A DNA stretch of 28,665 nucleotides from a virus (IMGVR_UViG_2740892282_000008), one strand, 5' to 3'. Positions 8,400-16,898 are shown, counted from the first letter of the stretch. The notes: generated by a model not told the origin, from the letters alone. A program made the numbers and translations.

Positions 8400-8828
8400 T
8401 CAGGGTTTAAAATCCAGCACCCCATTTTGAAATACTTTATATACTTCCGGCGAAGGGGGGGCAGGTATATCAGCATTCTTTATCGCATTCATCGCTTCAC
8501 GACATAAATCGAGGTCTCCACTTTCTCTTTTAACCTCCAGTAGAAGGCCATTCGGGGCCATATGCATTCTCAGTGTACACTCTTTTCCTGAATACTTACT
8601 CGCATCCCCGAACTGTTTTTCGATGGCGCTCTTGATTTGATGGGCATACAGACGGATATCCTCACTAACATCAGAAGTACGTTCAGATGAACTCACATAC
8701 TGTGTCTCTATTGCTTTATTGGAGTAATATGATGTACGGTCATGATAATTTGTCGATACAGCATCAGTGCACCCGATAATAATCCCACTAATAATCAACG
8801 TAAGAATTGATGCGCTACGAAAACCCAT
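8400..8828 (-). CDS. Lipoprotein with TolA domain-III-like C-terminal domain (paralogue A, 142 aa)
   Basis: Signal peptide plus lipobox (IIIGC); C-terminus YAHQIKSAIEKQFGDASKYSGKECTLRMHMAPNGLLLEVKRESGDLDLCREAMNAIKNADIPAPPSPEVYKVFQNGVLDFKP is strongly similar, from memory, to the C-terminal domain of E. coli TolA. Confidence 0.8.
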   Translation of the reverse strand: MGFRSASILTLIISGIIIGCTDAVSTNYHDRTSYYSNKAIETQYVSSSERTSDVSEDIRLYAHQIKSAIEKQFGDASKYSGKECTLRMHMAPNGLLLEVKRESGDLDLCREAMNAIKNADIPAPPSPEVYKVFQNGVLDFKP

Positions 8829-9762
8829 TTTTCCTCACATATGTCATATAGTAAAGGATTATATATACCGTTGTTTTGGACGCTCAAACAGCGAATCAGA
8901 TCAAATAAAACGCACATTTGTTAACATTTACACAAAGTCTGCGTGGGATATTCTGAAAGAATATCCATAATGTGGAGAGAATCTATTGAAGTGCATGGTG
9001 CCGGGTGCCTCCCGGTGAACAAAATGTTCGTGATACCTGTCGGCGACAGAAAAGGTTAATGGTATCACCCCACCGCACAGGGGGATTCACCATGCAGGAG
9101 TTTTCTTAGCAAACTCACTGCGCGCCCGGCAACTCCCAACCACATAAAATGCGGAGTTTGTGGTATTTATGCATATAACTCGCAGGAATTATCTTAAAAA
9201 ACTGATGTCGATCCGGATTAAAAAGAAGCAGGTCATCATCAGATGACTGGAAAAAAGGAAAACAAAAAATACTCATCATACAGTTTTGATTGCAGGGATG
9301 AGCCTGCTATGCACAATATGCAGAATATAAGCAAGATAAAAATATGCAGGCATATTATTTCGGATTTTGTTATTAACACAACCTTTTTAATAATCATTTG
9401 GCATACAATAAACCAGCCCAAAAAGAACCGCCTAAACAGGCGGTTGGTCAATACAAAGGATGCTTCGTCTTTATTATAGTAATCTGAGGCGTCGGGTGTC
9501 TTGTATCAGACAACATATTGTCCCGCTAAACAGCGAATTACAAACCACCCTGCAATGATCTCTCATCTCATTTTATATGAGTTGACGACATCAGGATAAC
9601 GCATCATCAGCCCCTGCCAAGAAATATCAAAACTCCCGCCAGCAATGTGTTATCACAATATTGTAAAAAAAACACAGCACCGAAACTATAACTGGTCTCT
9701 GTTATAATTTGGAGCAGAAAGACCAGTTGCCCAACTAGCAGCATTCTCCCCTGCTTTCCTGA

Positions 9763-9795
9763 CGTAAAAAAACCGCATTAAGCGGTTTTTTTACG
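9763..9795. terminator. Strong bidirectional rho-independent terminator ~80 nt downstream of the Q-position gene (tR'-like or end of the early operon)
   Basis: Perfect 14-bp inverted repeat cgtaaaaaaaccgc / gcggtttttttacg with 5-nt loop; A/T runs on both sides. Confidence 0.75.
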
Positions 9796-9872
9796 ATGTC
9801 CATGTCTGCAATCCGCCTCGCGATACAGCTTTGCGAAGCATAGCAAAATTGAAGCAGTTTATACGTAAGAAA

Positions 9873-10415
9873 TCAAGCCATTTTCTCAGCAAATGATTCA
9901 CGCATGGGAATATATAGGGCATACTCAGCAACAGCTAACCAATTAGCAATCCGTTTTTCGCATGTGCTAAAACACCACTCTGGGTGTGCATCATTTAGCA
10001 ATTCAGCCATTTTGCGCTTAGTCATCCCCCGCCCTTCATAGCGTTGCCGGAGAATGCAAATCAATCCTGGATGCTCTGCCAGCACCTCACTTATGACTCG
10101 ATCAATACATAACGCCTCTGCATCAGTACAATGCGCCAGCCAGCTCTTTTGCTTGCCGTTGATCATCTCTCGCAAAAACGCTTCCAGCTCAGCTTTCTCT
10201 ATTCCCGCTTTTTTCATTCTGCGCAGGGCTTCATTAATGGCTGTTTTCGTCAGTTTTTTGGATGCCAACAACTGATTGAACATATTCCCTGACCTGCCAC
10301 CGCCAATATACGACCAGCGCCCCCACATACGTAGTTTTCCCTGAATCCAGACACTTTCCAGCGTGGTGAGGCGAAGGTGTTCTCCGCTTTTTCCTGTATT
10401 CGTTGGGTAAATCAT
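9873..10415 (-). CDS. Putative late-gene antiterminator (Q-like), assigned mainly by position
   Basis: 180-aa ORF, last gene of the early-right operon, translationally coupled (ATGA) to the upstream gene, immediately upstream of a strong terminator and the lysis cassette. Sequence identity to a named Q family not confirmed. Confidence 0.45.
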   Translation of the reverse strand: MIYPTNTGKSGEHLRLTTLESVWIQGKLRMWGRWSYIGGGRSGNMFNQLLASKKLTKTAINEALRRMKKAGIEKAELEAFLREMINGKQKSWLAHCTDAEALCIDRVISEVLAEHPGLICILRQRYEGRGMTKRKMAELLNDAHPEWCFSTCEKRIANWLAVAEYALYIPMRESFAEKMA

Positions 10416-10702
10416 AAATGACCTTTCTTTCTCCAGATTTCTTGTGTGCGAAAAACCCCTTCAGCATGCATCAGGCGCAATTCTTCTTTGGTGTAATCGC
10501 TGGTTTTTACCCGCCCGTCGATTAGATCGTGGCATGAGCTACAGGCTATCGCCGCCTGCATATCGTGTGGTTTTGTCGCTGTTCCGCACGTCCCCGCCAG
10601 CCTGTAATGCGCCAGCACAGAGGTTTCGGGATTGTGATTGCAGTAGCCAGGGATTCTGATCTGGCACATCTGGCCTTTAGCCGCTTTACGTAAATTCACC
10701 AT
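10412..10702 (-). CDS. Nin-region protein, Cys/His-rich (YbcO-like, 96 aa)
   Basis: 96-aa ORF with multiple Cys/His (CNHN ... CSSCHD), same size as YbcO-type nin proteins; start overlaps the upstream stop by 1 nt. Confidence 0.5.
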   Translation of the reverse strand: MVNLRKAAKGQMCQIRIPGYCNHNPETSVLAHYRLAGTCGTATKPHDMQAAIACSSCHDLIDGRVKTSDYTKEELRLMHAEGVFRTQEIWRKKGHL

Positions 10703-11301
10703 TACGCAAACTCCAGTAGTTGTGCGGCCACATTTTCAACTTCCTCCTGAGAGGAGAATTTACGGAACAGAATCCAGTTCCACAGCACATTCAGTACAGA
10801 TTTATAAACCTGCTGAAACTCGACTTCGTCCATATTCGCAAAAGCGATGGATTTTGCCCGACGCCCACGGCTACCGTCCGGATAAATATGCTCGGTGTAA
10901 AATCCGGCCTGAATGGTTACCCACTCGCGGAAAGCCTCAAACGACTTTAGCAACGCCGTATCCCGGGTTCTACGAGTCGCAACGGTGTTAAGGTATTGCT
11001 CTACGGCATCACTCAGGGCTGGCGTGTGTTCCCGACCAACTGATTCGCACAGGTAATCAACGAAACCAGACAGCAGTTCTCGTTCGCGAGGCGTGATCGC
11101 CCCACCGACCGGAGTCCAGTAATCGAATCCCAGTTGCAGGAGTTTGAAAAAACGCTTGTGGAATGCGTAGTTACGCACACGCTTAAAGTCTGCGTGTATC
11201 CACTCACCTATTTTGATTTGATGCAGAAAATCGCAACTCTCCGGCGTCGCCGGGAGAAGTAAACCAGAAGAAGTTTGTTTGACCAGTTGTATATGCGCCA
11301 T
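10702..11301 (-). CDS. Nin-region phage protein of unknown function (199 aa)
   Basis: ATG start; first gene of a three-gene translationally coupled unit ending in the Q-position gene. Confidence 0.65.
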   Translation of the reverse strand: MAHIQLVKQTSSGLLLPATPESCDFLHQIKIGEWIHADFKRVRNYAFHKRFFKLLQLGFDYWTPVGGAITPRERELLSGFVDYLCESVGREHTPALSDAVEQYLNTVATRRTRDTALLKSFEAFREWVTIQAGFYTEHIYPDGSRGRRAKSIAFANMDEVEFQQVYKSVLNVLWNWILFRKFSSQEEVENVAAQLLEFA

Positions 11302-11574
11302 TTCTCAATCTCTCGATGGCGCAGTGCAGCAGATGCCAGTTGTTCAGGCTGACGTATAAAGTATAAATAAACTGGTTCCAGTGTAAAGCCCCCACCTTAA
11401 TGGAATAAAAACCAAACAACAGATTGCTGGGATACAAACAACGCTTATTATTAAAAGCGGTTAAACAAATTAAATTTTAATGTTATGCAAATTTGTCAGA
11501 TCACCATAATATCTCATTTGAAAACCGCTGAAATAACAATCCTATCAGGATTAATCATATTAAGGTGAGTAAAT

Positions 11575-11661
11575 ATGGAAAACAACAAATCTGCACATTA
11601 CGCTCCTTTTTTATCTGTAATACTTTTTGTTTTTTGCTGTGTATGGGCATTATTTTTATAA
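11575..11661 (+). CDS. Candidate small hydrophobic peptide (28 aa, MENNKSAHYAPFLSVILFVFCCVWALFL)
   Basis: ATG preceded by AAGGTGAG at good spacing; polar N-terminus then a single transmembrane-like segment; convergent with hok. No homologue recognised. Confidence 0.3.
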   Translation: MENNKSAHYAPFLSVILFVFCCVWALFL

Positions 11662-11769
11662 AAATATTCACAGATAAAATAAACTCGCCGAATCAGGTTA
11701 AGTGTGGGTGCGTTGAGGATGCCTGACACATCAGAGGCGGCGAGGGATTTCTCCCTCGCCTAGTCACTC

Positions 11770-11925
11770 TTACTCCTCAGGTTCGTAAGCTGTGAAGACA
11801 GCGACCTCCGTCTGACCGGTTCGGATTCGCACCTCGCAGAGGTCTTTCCTCGTTACCAGTGCCGTCACTATGACGGTTAAACAGATGACAATCAGTGCGA
11901 CTAACATCGCCTTTTGCTGCTTCAT
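11770..11925 (-). CDS. hok: Hok-family type I toxin (51 aa); in-frame mok-like extension to 11982
   Basis: MKQQKAMLVALIVICLTVIVTALVTRKDLCEVRIRTGQTEVAVFTAYEPEE is near-identical to my recollection of HokD; AAGGAG RBS; upstream in-frame ATG at 11982 gives a 70-aa mok-like ORF; 9-bp hairpin ggcgaggga/tccctcgcc just 3' of the stop. Confidence 0.85.
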   Translation of the reverse strand: MKQQKAMLVALIVICLTVIVTALVTRKDLCEVRIRTGQTEVAVFTAYEPEE

Positions 11926-12136
11926 AGCCTGCTTCTCCTTGCCTTCCGGCGCGTAAGAGGCTAACCTACATGTGCAAAGCATGAAATTGGCCTCAGATTA
12001 ATGTTAAGCGTCTTGCCGGACGCGTAATGTTATCTGGGGCTTTTCTCTATCTGCCTTTGGTGTTCATGCCTGAGGCAGATAGCCTCAAGCACCCGCAGCA
12101 ATTCTACTTAACTCCCGTCACCTCGCCAATATAAAA

Positions 12137-12226
12137 TCAATCAGAAAGGCGATCCATAAGAACAACAGCAAGACAATAAATTGCCATTACAGCCGCAATA
12201 GCTAGCGCACATTTGAGAACCAGCAC
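12137..12226 (-). CDS. Candidate small membrane peptide (29 aa, GTG start)
   Basis: GTG preceded by AGGAGG at 5 nt; encodes VLVLKCALAIAAVMAIYCLAVVLMDRLSD, a single hydrophobic helix. It overlaps the 74-aa six-frame ORF at 12141-12365 in a different frame. Confidence 0.25.
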   Translation of the reverse strand: MLVLKCALAIAAVMAIYCLAVVLMDRLSD

Positions 12227-12405
12227 GACAACCTCCTGTATTGGACGTACACCAGTTCTGATAAATATGAGGCTGTCTCATCATTGATTCAATATAACTA
12301 TTGGGTATAGTTTCTGTGATTTTGTTCTGTAGAAATGGAACACAACAACCAGTCACCACCAGCACTTCTTTAAATACGCCAAGTCCGACGCAAGCTAACC
12401 TTCTA

Positions 12406-12429
12406 GTCCGCTTTGAGCGAGGAGCGGAC
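12406..12429. repeat. Dyad element copy C: GTCCGCT-N10-AGCGGAC
   Basis: Perfect 7-bp inverted arms with 10-bp spacer, ~220 bp upstream of the MFS operon. Confidence 0.6.
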
Positions 12430-12645
12430 CAAACCCGGCCAACTGACTCTTAAAGGGGCCGCAGGAATTTTTCGTCTGAACTTTCGAAGCTCCTCTCCCT
12501 GAAGACAGAAAACTTCTGTGTGCTGTGGGAATATTGAATCTTTGCCTTAGATATAAATAATTTTATCCCGCCTGAAGTTTACATTATTTTATTTATCTGT
12601 TTTTCTAAATCAGACTGCACTCCTTACTTAAATCAGGAGCCAGTC

Positions 12646-13845
12646 ATGCCATTTGTTATTTATGTGTTTACTATCAGTGCCTTTGCGCTCGGACTCGCGG
12701 AATTTGTCCCCATTGGGCTGACAGACGTTATGGCTCAGGGGTTGTGTGTGGGTGTGGAGCAGACCGGGGCAGCGGTTACAACCTATGCACTGGGGGCAAC
12801 GTTCGCGGCACCCGTACTGTCTGCGCTGACAGCAAGCTGGAGCCGGAAAAATGTAATGCTTACAACTGCCGTTGTGTTTACTGCCGGTAGTCTGGCGGCC
12901 GCGTTTGCAGCCACATTACCTCAGCTCCTGTTAGCGCGGTTCATTGCTGGTCTGGGACACGGCCTGTTTCTGGCTGCGGCATCCAGTACCGCAGCTCGTC
13001 TTGCTGGACCGGGTAAAGCAGGCAGAGCGGTGGCTGTGGTATTTGGTGGCTTTACTCTGGCGATGGCAATCGGCGTACCGCTGAGTACATGGTTGGGGGG
13101 GGGGGTCTCATGGCGTCCAGTTCTCGGCGCTATTGCCGCTTTTGGCGCGTTCGGATTCCTTGGACTGTTGTTCGGTATGAAAGATCCCGTACGCAGCGTG
13201 CCCGGTGAACATAGTGACTCAGCAATGCAGAATATCGGCATGCTGTTTAACCGTAAGTTGCTGGCCGGCGCGCTGGTTACGGTGCTGGCGTATGCAGGCT
13301 CGTTTACGGATTACACCTTTATCGCACCTATTCTGACGCAGGTGACAGGGGTTACCGGAGCAACGGTGAGTCTGTTTATGCTGGTTTACGGTATTACAGC
13401 TGCGGTAGGTAATATTCTTGGTGGGAAACTTACCGACAGCATGGGGGTTAATCGTGCCAATATACTCATCATTAGCGGCATTGTTGTTGTCGTGCTTGGT
13501 ATGTGGCTGCTGTCATCCTCACCGGTGAGCATGGGCATTCTGGTTGCGCTGCTGGGTATGGTGACATTTGCCGCAGTGCCGGCACTGCAGGCCCGTCTGA
13601 TTGGTGTCGCTGAGCAACATGCTCCTCATGCGCATGGTGTTGCTGCCGGCCTGAATATTGCGGGCTTCAACTCAGGTATAGCGCTGGGATCAGTACTGGG
13701 CAGCATTACTATAAGCCACGCCGGTATCGTGTATACCGGTATCAGCGGTGCGATTGTTTCTCTGCTCGGCCTGCTGTTGCTGCTTGCACAAATCCGTCGC
13801 AGCCACAGTCGTAAATTTCAACAGGTTAAAATCGTAGGCCAGTAA
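12646..13845 (+). CDS. MFS transporter (399 aa)
   Basis: About 12 predicted transmembrane helices, Gly/Ala-rich major-facilitator-like sequence; AGGAG RBS; GC-rich relative to phage DNA; contains an 11-G tract. Confidence 0.85.
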   Translation: MPFVIYVFTISAFALGLAEFVPIGLTDVMAQGLCVGVEQTGAAVTTYALGATFAAPVLSALTASWSRKNVMLTTAVVFTAGSLAAAFAATLPQLLLARFIAGLGHGLFLAAASSTAARLAGPGKAGRAVAVVFGGFTLAMAIGVPLSTWLGGGVSWRPVLGAIAAFGAFGFLGLLFGMKDPVRSVPGEHSDSAMQNIGMLFNRKLLAGALVTVLAYAGSFTDYTFIAPILTQVTGVTGATVSLFMLVYGITAAVGNILGGKLTDSMGVNRANILIISGIVVVVLGMWLLSSSPVSMGILVALLGMVTFAAVPALQARLIGVAEQHAPHAHGVAAGLNIAGFNSGIALGSVLGSITISHAGIVYTGISGAIVSLLGLLLLLAQIRRSHSRKFQQVKIVGQ

Positions 13846-13856
13846 AGGGAGGTTAT

Positions 13857-14549
13857 ATGCTTACCCGTGAAAATATGCTTAATGGCACATTTGTCAGGGT
13901 GCATGAAGCGCTGCTCCCGGCGAATATGCTCTGGGACGCTGAAAAAATACGCGCATCAATGAACTCTACTCTGGAGGAGCGCCCGACGGGTGCTCCTGTC
14001 TGGATATTTGCCTACGGGTCATTGATGTGGAATCCCGTGCTGGCGATTGAAGAAATGCAACGGGCCCGTCTGAAAGGATGGCAGCGCAGTTTCTGCATTC
14101 GTTTGATATCCGGACGAGCGACTCCTGATGTCCCCGGCAGGATGTTATCGCTCGACGAAGGTGGAATTACCGAAGGTATTGCGTTCAGACTGCCGGAATC
14201 GACTCTTATTAATGAGCTGGAAATTGTCTGGACGCGCGAGATGATAACCGGTCTTTACCGTCCGGTCTGGGCAGACGTTTCGCTAGGAAACGGTGAGGAA
14301 ATTCAGGCGCTGGCTTTCGTATCAGACAGACTGCATCCGCATTATGAACAGGACAATCTTACAGCGACCGTAGCGTTGAGCATCGCATCTGCCCGTGGAG
14401 ACATTGGCACGAATGCAGATTATGTATGGAAACTGCAGGCCACTCTGGGTGCGTTGGGAATACGGGATGATTACGTGAGTGAACTGGCCCTTGCTCTGCA
14501 TGAGGCTCCCTGTAACGATAAACTTCATCAGCGAGGCGCTTCACTATGA
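13857..14549 (+). CDS. ChaC-family gamma-glutamylcyclotransferase-like protein (230 aa)
   Basis: VWIFAYGSLMWNP and GRMLSLDEGG motifs resemble E. coli ChaC; GGGAGG RBS. Confidence 0.75.
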   Translation: MLTRENMLNGTFVRVHEALLPANMLWDAEKIRASMNSTLEERPTGAPVWIFAYGSLMWNPVLAIEEMQRARLKGWQRSFCIRLISGRATPDVPGRMLSLDEGGITEGIAFRLPESTLINELEIVWTREMITGLYRPVWADVSLGNGEEIQALAFVSDRLHPHYEQDNLTATVALSIASARGDIGTNADYVWKLQATLGALGIRDDYVSELALALHEAPCNDKLHQRGASL

Positions 14550-15427
14550 GCCATCTGAGCCATCTGCGAACGTTTCTTGAGGCCTATCGCTCTGGCTCCT
14601 TTTCAAAGGCGGCAGAACTACTGGGCATCACTCAGCCCGCGGCGTCACAGCATATCCAGTCTCTTGAGACTCTGGTTGGTAAGCGTCTGTTTATCAGGCA
14701 GGCCAGAGGCGTGACGGCAACCGAAGCTGCGGATGAGCTTGCCCGCTCAGTTTCACCCTTCATTGATGGTCTGGAAGAAAAGCTGTCCTCTTTCCGGTCA
14801 GGCTCTGTACGCGGGGGAACAATTAATCTGGCAGGACCGCCAGATTTTATTCATTCCCGGCTTGGGACAGTAATGGCTCCACTAATGAAGGAGGGGTATC
14901 GCCTACGCTTTCATACCGGCAATAAGCAACGTATTTATTCCCTTTTGCATGACGGGAGCGCCGATCTCGCTGTTACCGCATCTATGCCTGATGACCGTCT
15001 GTACGGCTATGCACATCTACTGACTGAACGCATGCTCCTTGTTCATGCTCCCGCCATGTCAGAGATCATCGGATCAGAACCTGGTGCTGAAACGCTTGCC
15101 TCATTACCGCTGATTGCTTATGACGAAGAGTTGCCACTGATTAGAGCGCTCTGGGCCTCCATGTTTCAGAGAGCCCCTGAGATGCAGGCTACATTCACCA
15201 TTCCGGATTTACGTATTATCCGCGACTTGGTCTGTGACGGCCACGGGTGGACAGTGCTGCCGGATTATCACTGTGACAATGACCTGAAAAGTGGTCGCCT
15301 GATTTCAGTGACACCTGCAGACCTCGCTCCGACTAATCATCTTTATCTGGTCTGGAACAAAAGGACGGCTAATAACAGCCGAACCGCCTATGTTCGGGAT
15401 TACATTCTTAAAACGTTTCCGCGTTGA
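14546..15427 (+). CDS. LysR-type transcriptional regulator (293 aa)
   Basis: N-terminal LysR HTH (LRTFLEAYRSGSFSKAAELLGITQPAASQHIQSLE) and C-terminal substrate-binding-like domain; ATGA overlap with the ChaC-like gene. Confidence 0.85.
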   Translation: MSHLSHLRTFLEAYRSGSFSKAAELLGITQPAASQHIQSLETLVGKRLFIRQARGVTATEAADELARSVSPFIDGLEEKLSSFRSGSVRGGTINLAGPPDFIHSRLGTVMAPLMKEGYRLRFHTGNKQRIYSLLHDGSADLAVTASMPDDRLYGYAHLLTERMLLVHAPAMSEIIGSEPGAETLASLPLIAYDEELPLIRALWASMFQRAPEMQATFTIPDLRIIRDLVCDGHGWTVLPDYHCDNDLKSGRLISVTPADLAPTNHLYLVWNKRTANNSRTAYVRDYILKTFPR

Positions 15428-15471
15428 TGTTTGAAACGGATGATTGGCGATGCGTATCATAAGTTACGTAT

Positions 15472-15495
15472 GTCCGCTTCTGGCACAAAGCAGAC
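15472..15495. repeat. Dyad element copy A: GTCCGCT-tctggcacaa-AGCAGAC
   Basis: 7-bp arms (one mismatch) with 10-bp spacer, between convergent LysR and membrane-protein genes; 20 of 24 positions identical to copy B. Confidence 0.6.
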
Positions 15496-15557
15496 GCCCA
15501 CTCTCACGCGAATGCTTTGCCCTTGACTTGCCAACAACCGTATCGCTTGCTCCGCAA

Positions 15558-16835
15558 CTATGGTTTTTTATTAGAATCTTCGCCACTAAATAAATTATAA
15601 TAAATTGATTTTATTAGATATCTGTCAGAATCTATATGGTCAGCACGAGTAGCATGCTCTAATGTTTCAAATGCTAGGGTTTGTGCGGCTTCAGCAAAAA
15701 TTCCAGGCCAACCCTTACTCAGCATCGACAGTCCTTTAAGTACCCTTATCTGAATTTCCCTCATACTGGCACCATCGCGCGCAACAGGTGAGAAAAAGTC
15801 TTCAAGTAGATCGTTATTCTGAAGTGGTGCAACATGTACAGAAGGATATTTCACTTCTATTTCATCAGATTTATTCTGCGCGTAAGCGGAAAGTATACGT
15901 ACACCTCTGCCAATGACATCAATGGCGGTTCCAGGATCGTTCACTGCGGGGGAAAGGGCTCGGCAGGCTATTTCGGCCATGACGCTAAGACAAAATCGGG
16001 GGTCCTGAGCAAATGAACGTACATCCGAGACAATAATCGTCTCAAGTAAATCGGTGCTGATTGATGACTCCTGGCCCTGACTCAGGTACAAAACTGGCGT
16101 GGACGGATGTATGAAACTGCCCGGCTGCGCCACGAGGTATACATGACGGGGATCATTGGTCAGCAGCTTGCTGAGTTTCACCATATCAACATATTCAACA
16201 TAGCCAATCTTTTTCGGATAAACTGCAACCGTTCCTTTCGGCTGTTCATTGTTCTCAAGCCATGGATATCCGCCGAGACAGGGATTTCTTGCTCTCGCAA
16301 TAAATGTTTCGATGGCCGCCTGTTCTACTTTTGCCGTTGTCTCACCAACCCTCCCCAGAGAGGTCAAATGCTGTATCCAGCGAAGCAATGTGATGAGGAT
16401 TAAGGCAATGACAACCAGTGTTACAATGAATAAAATGACTCTCCCCCTTTCTCCATAAGCTCCCATATTGAGGGCAATAATCCCTACCAGACTGAAGAGA
16501 AAAGAACCGATGAAGGTGGCCAGTACATTTTGTGTGGTGACGTCTTCAACAACTAAACGAGTAGCTCTGGGAGTCACATTAGTAGTGGCTGAACCGTAGG
16601 CTGTGACCATGATGCTCAGCGAAAATGTGGTCACTGCCAGCATACTCGATGCCAGTATGTTCAGAATGTTATCGACTGCTTCCGCACCAACCTTCACGGA
16701 AACCGACTCAGGTATCATTGATTTAAAAAGAATTGATAAAAGGGCCGTTATTATTGCGACAATTGCGAATAACGTTGCCCTGAACCATAGTTTTTTAAAT
16801 GTCTGCTTCAGCATCCATTTCCAGCGTGAAATCAT
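15558..16835 (-). CDS. Membrane protein of unknown function (about 425 aa; resembles DUF2254-type predicted membrane proteins)
   Basis: Several N-terminal transmembrane helices and a large soluble C-terminal domain; start chosen at the second ATG (16835), which has a GAGGGA RBS; the maximal ORF extends to 16850. Family assignment is from memory and tentative. Confidence 0.55.
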   Translation of the reverse strand: MISRWKWMLKQTFKKLWFRATLFAIVAIITALLSILFKSMIPESVSVKVGAEAVDNILNILASSMLAVTTFSLSIMVTAYGSATTNVTPRATRLVVEDVTTQNVLATFIGSFLFSLVGIIALNMGAYGERGRVILFIVTLVVIALILITLLRWIQHLTSLGRVGETTAKVEQAAIETFIARARNPCLGGYPWLENNEQPKGTVAVYPKKIGYVEYVDMVKLSKLLTNDPRHVYLVAQPGSFIHPSTPVLYLSQGQESSISTDLLETIIVSDVRSFAQDPRFCLSVMAEIACRALSPAVNDPGTAIDVIGRGVRILSAYAQNKSDEIEVKYPSVHVAPLQNNDLLEDFFSPVARDGASMREIQIRVLKGLSMLSKGWPGIFAEAAQTLAFETLEHATRADHIDSDRYLIKSIYYNLFSGEDSNKKP

Positions 16836-16870
16836 TCTGCATTCCCTCATATTGCAGCCGGGATAAATAA

Positions 16871-16891
16871 ATGCCGCCTCTGTGGCGGCAT
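16871..16891 (-). terminator. Hairpin between the BCCT transporter and the membrane-protein gene; possible intrinsic terminator or attenuator
   Basis: 8-bp stem atgccgcc/ggcggcat with loop tctgt; on the minus strand it is followed by ttatttatcc. Confidence 0.4.
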
Positions 16892-16898
16892 GTTGCTG

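Noticed and set aside
8990-9180. GC-rich island in the AT-rich Q-S intergenic region as a tRNA gene (as in Stx phages)
   Set aside because: No T-loop consensus (GGTTCGAATCC-like), no acceptor-stem complementarity or CCA context found on either strand.
9425-9444. Second hairpin (aaccgcc/ggcggtt) as the late terminator tR'
   Set aside because: Only a 7-bp stem followed by four U residues on the minus strand; too weak to call with confidence compared with the palindrome at 9763-9795.
9239-9479. Overlapping ORFs at 9239-9451 (-) and 9243-9479 (+)
   Set aside because: They lie in a very AT-rich, low-complexity intergenic region and overlap each other on opposite strands; more likely a promoter/leader region for the lipoprotein moron than genes.
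11204-11437. 77-aa ORF overlapping the start of the 199-aa nin-region gene
   Set aside because: It overlaps the 5' ~100 nt of a gene that has a proper ATG, and has no recognisable RBS or motif; probably a frame artefact.
12141-12365. 74-aa Cys-rich ORF on the minus strand
   Set aside because: No RBS, implausible composition; a better-supported 29-codon ORF with AGGAGG lies in a different frame of the same stretch.
15481-15497. TGGCAC motif in the dyad-element spacers as a sigma-54 promoter (-24 element)
   Set aside because: The required GC/TTGC -12 element is not present at the right spacing after TGGCAC in either copy, and no enhancer-binding protein gene is nearby.
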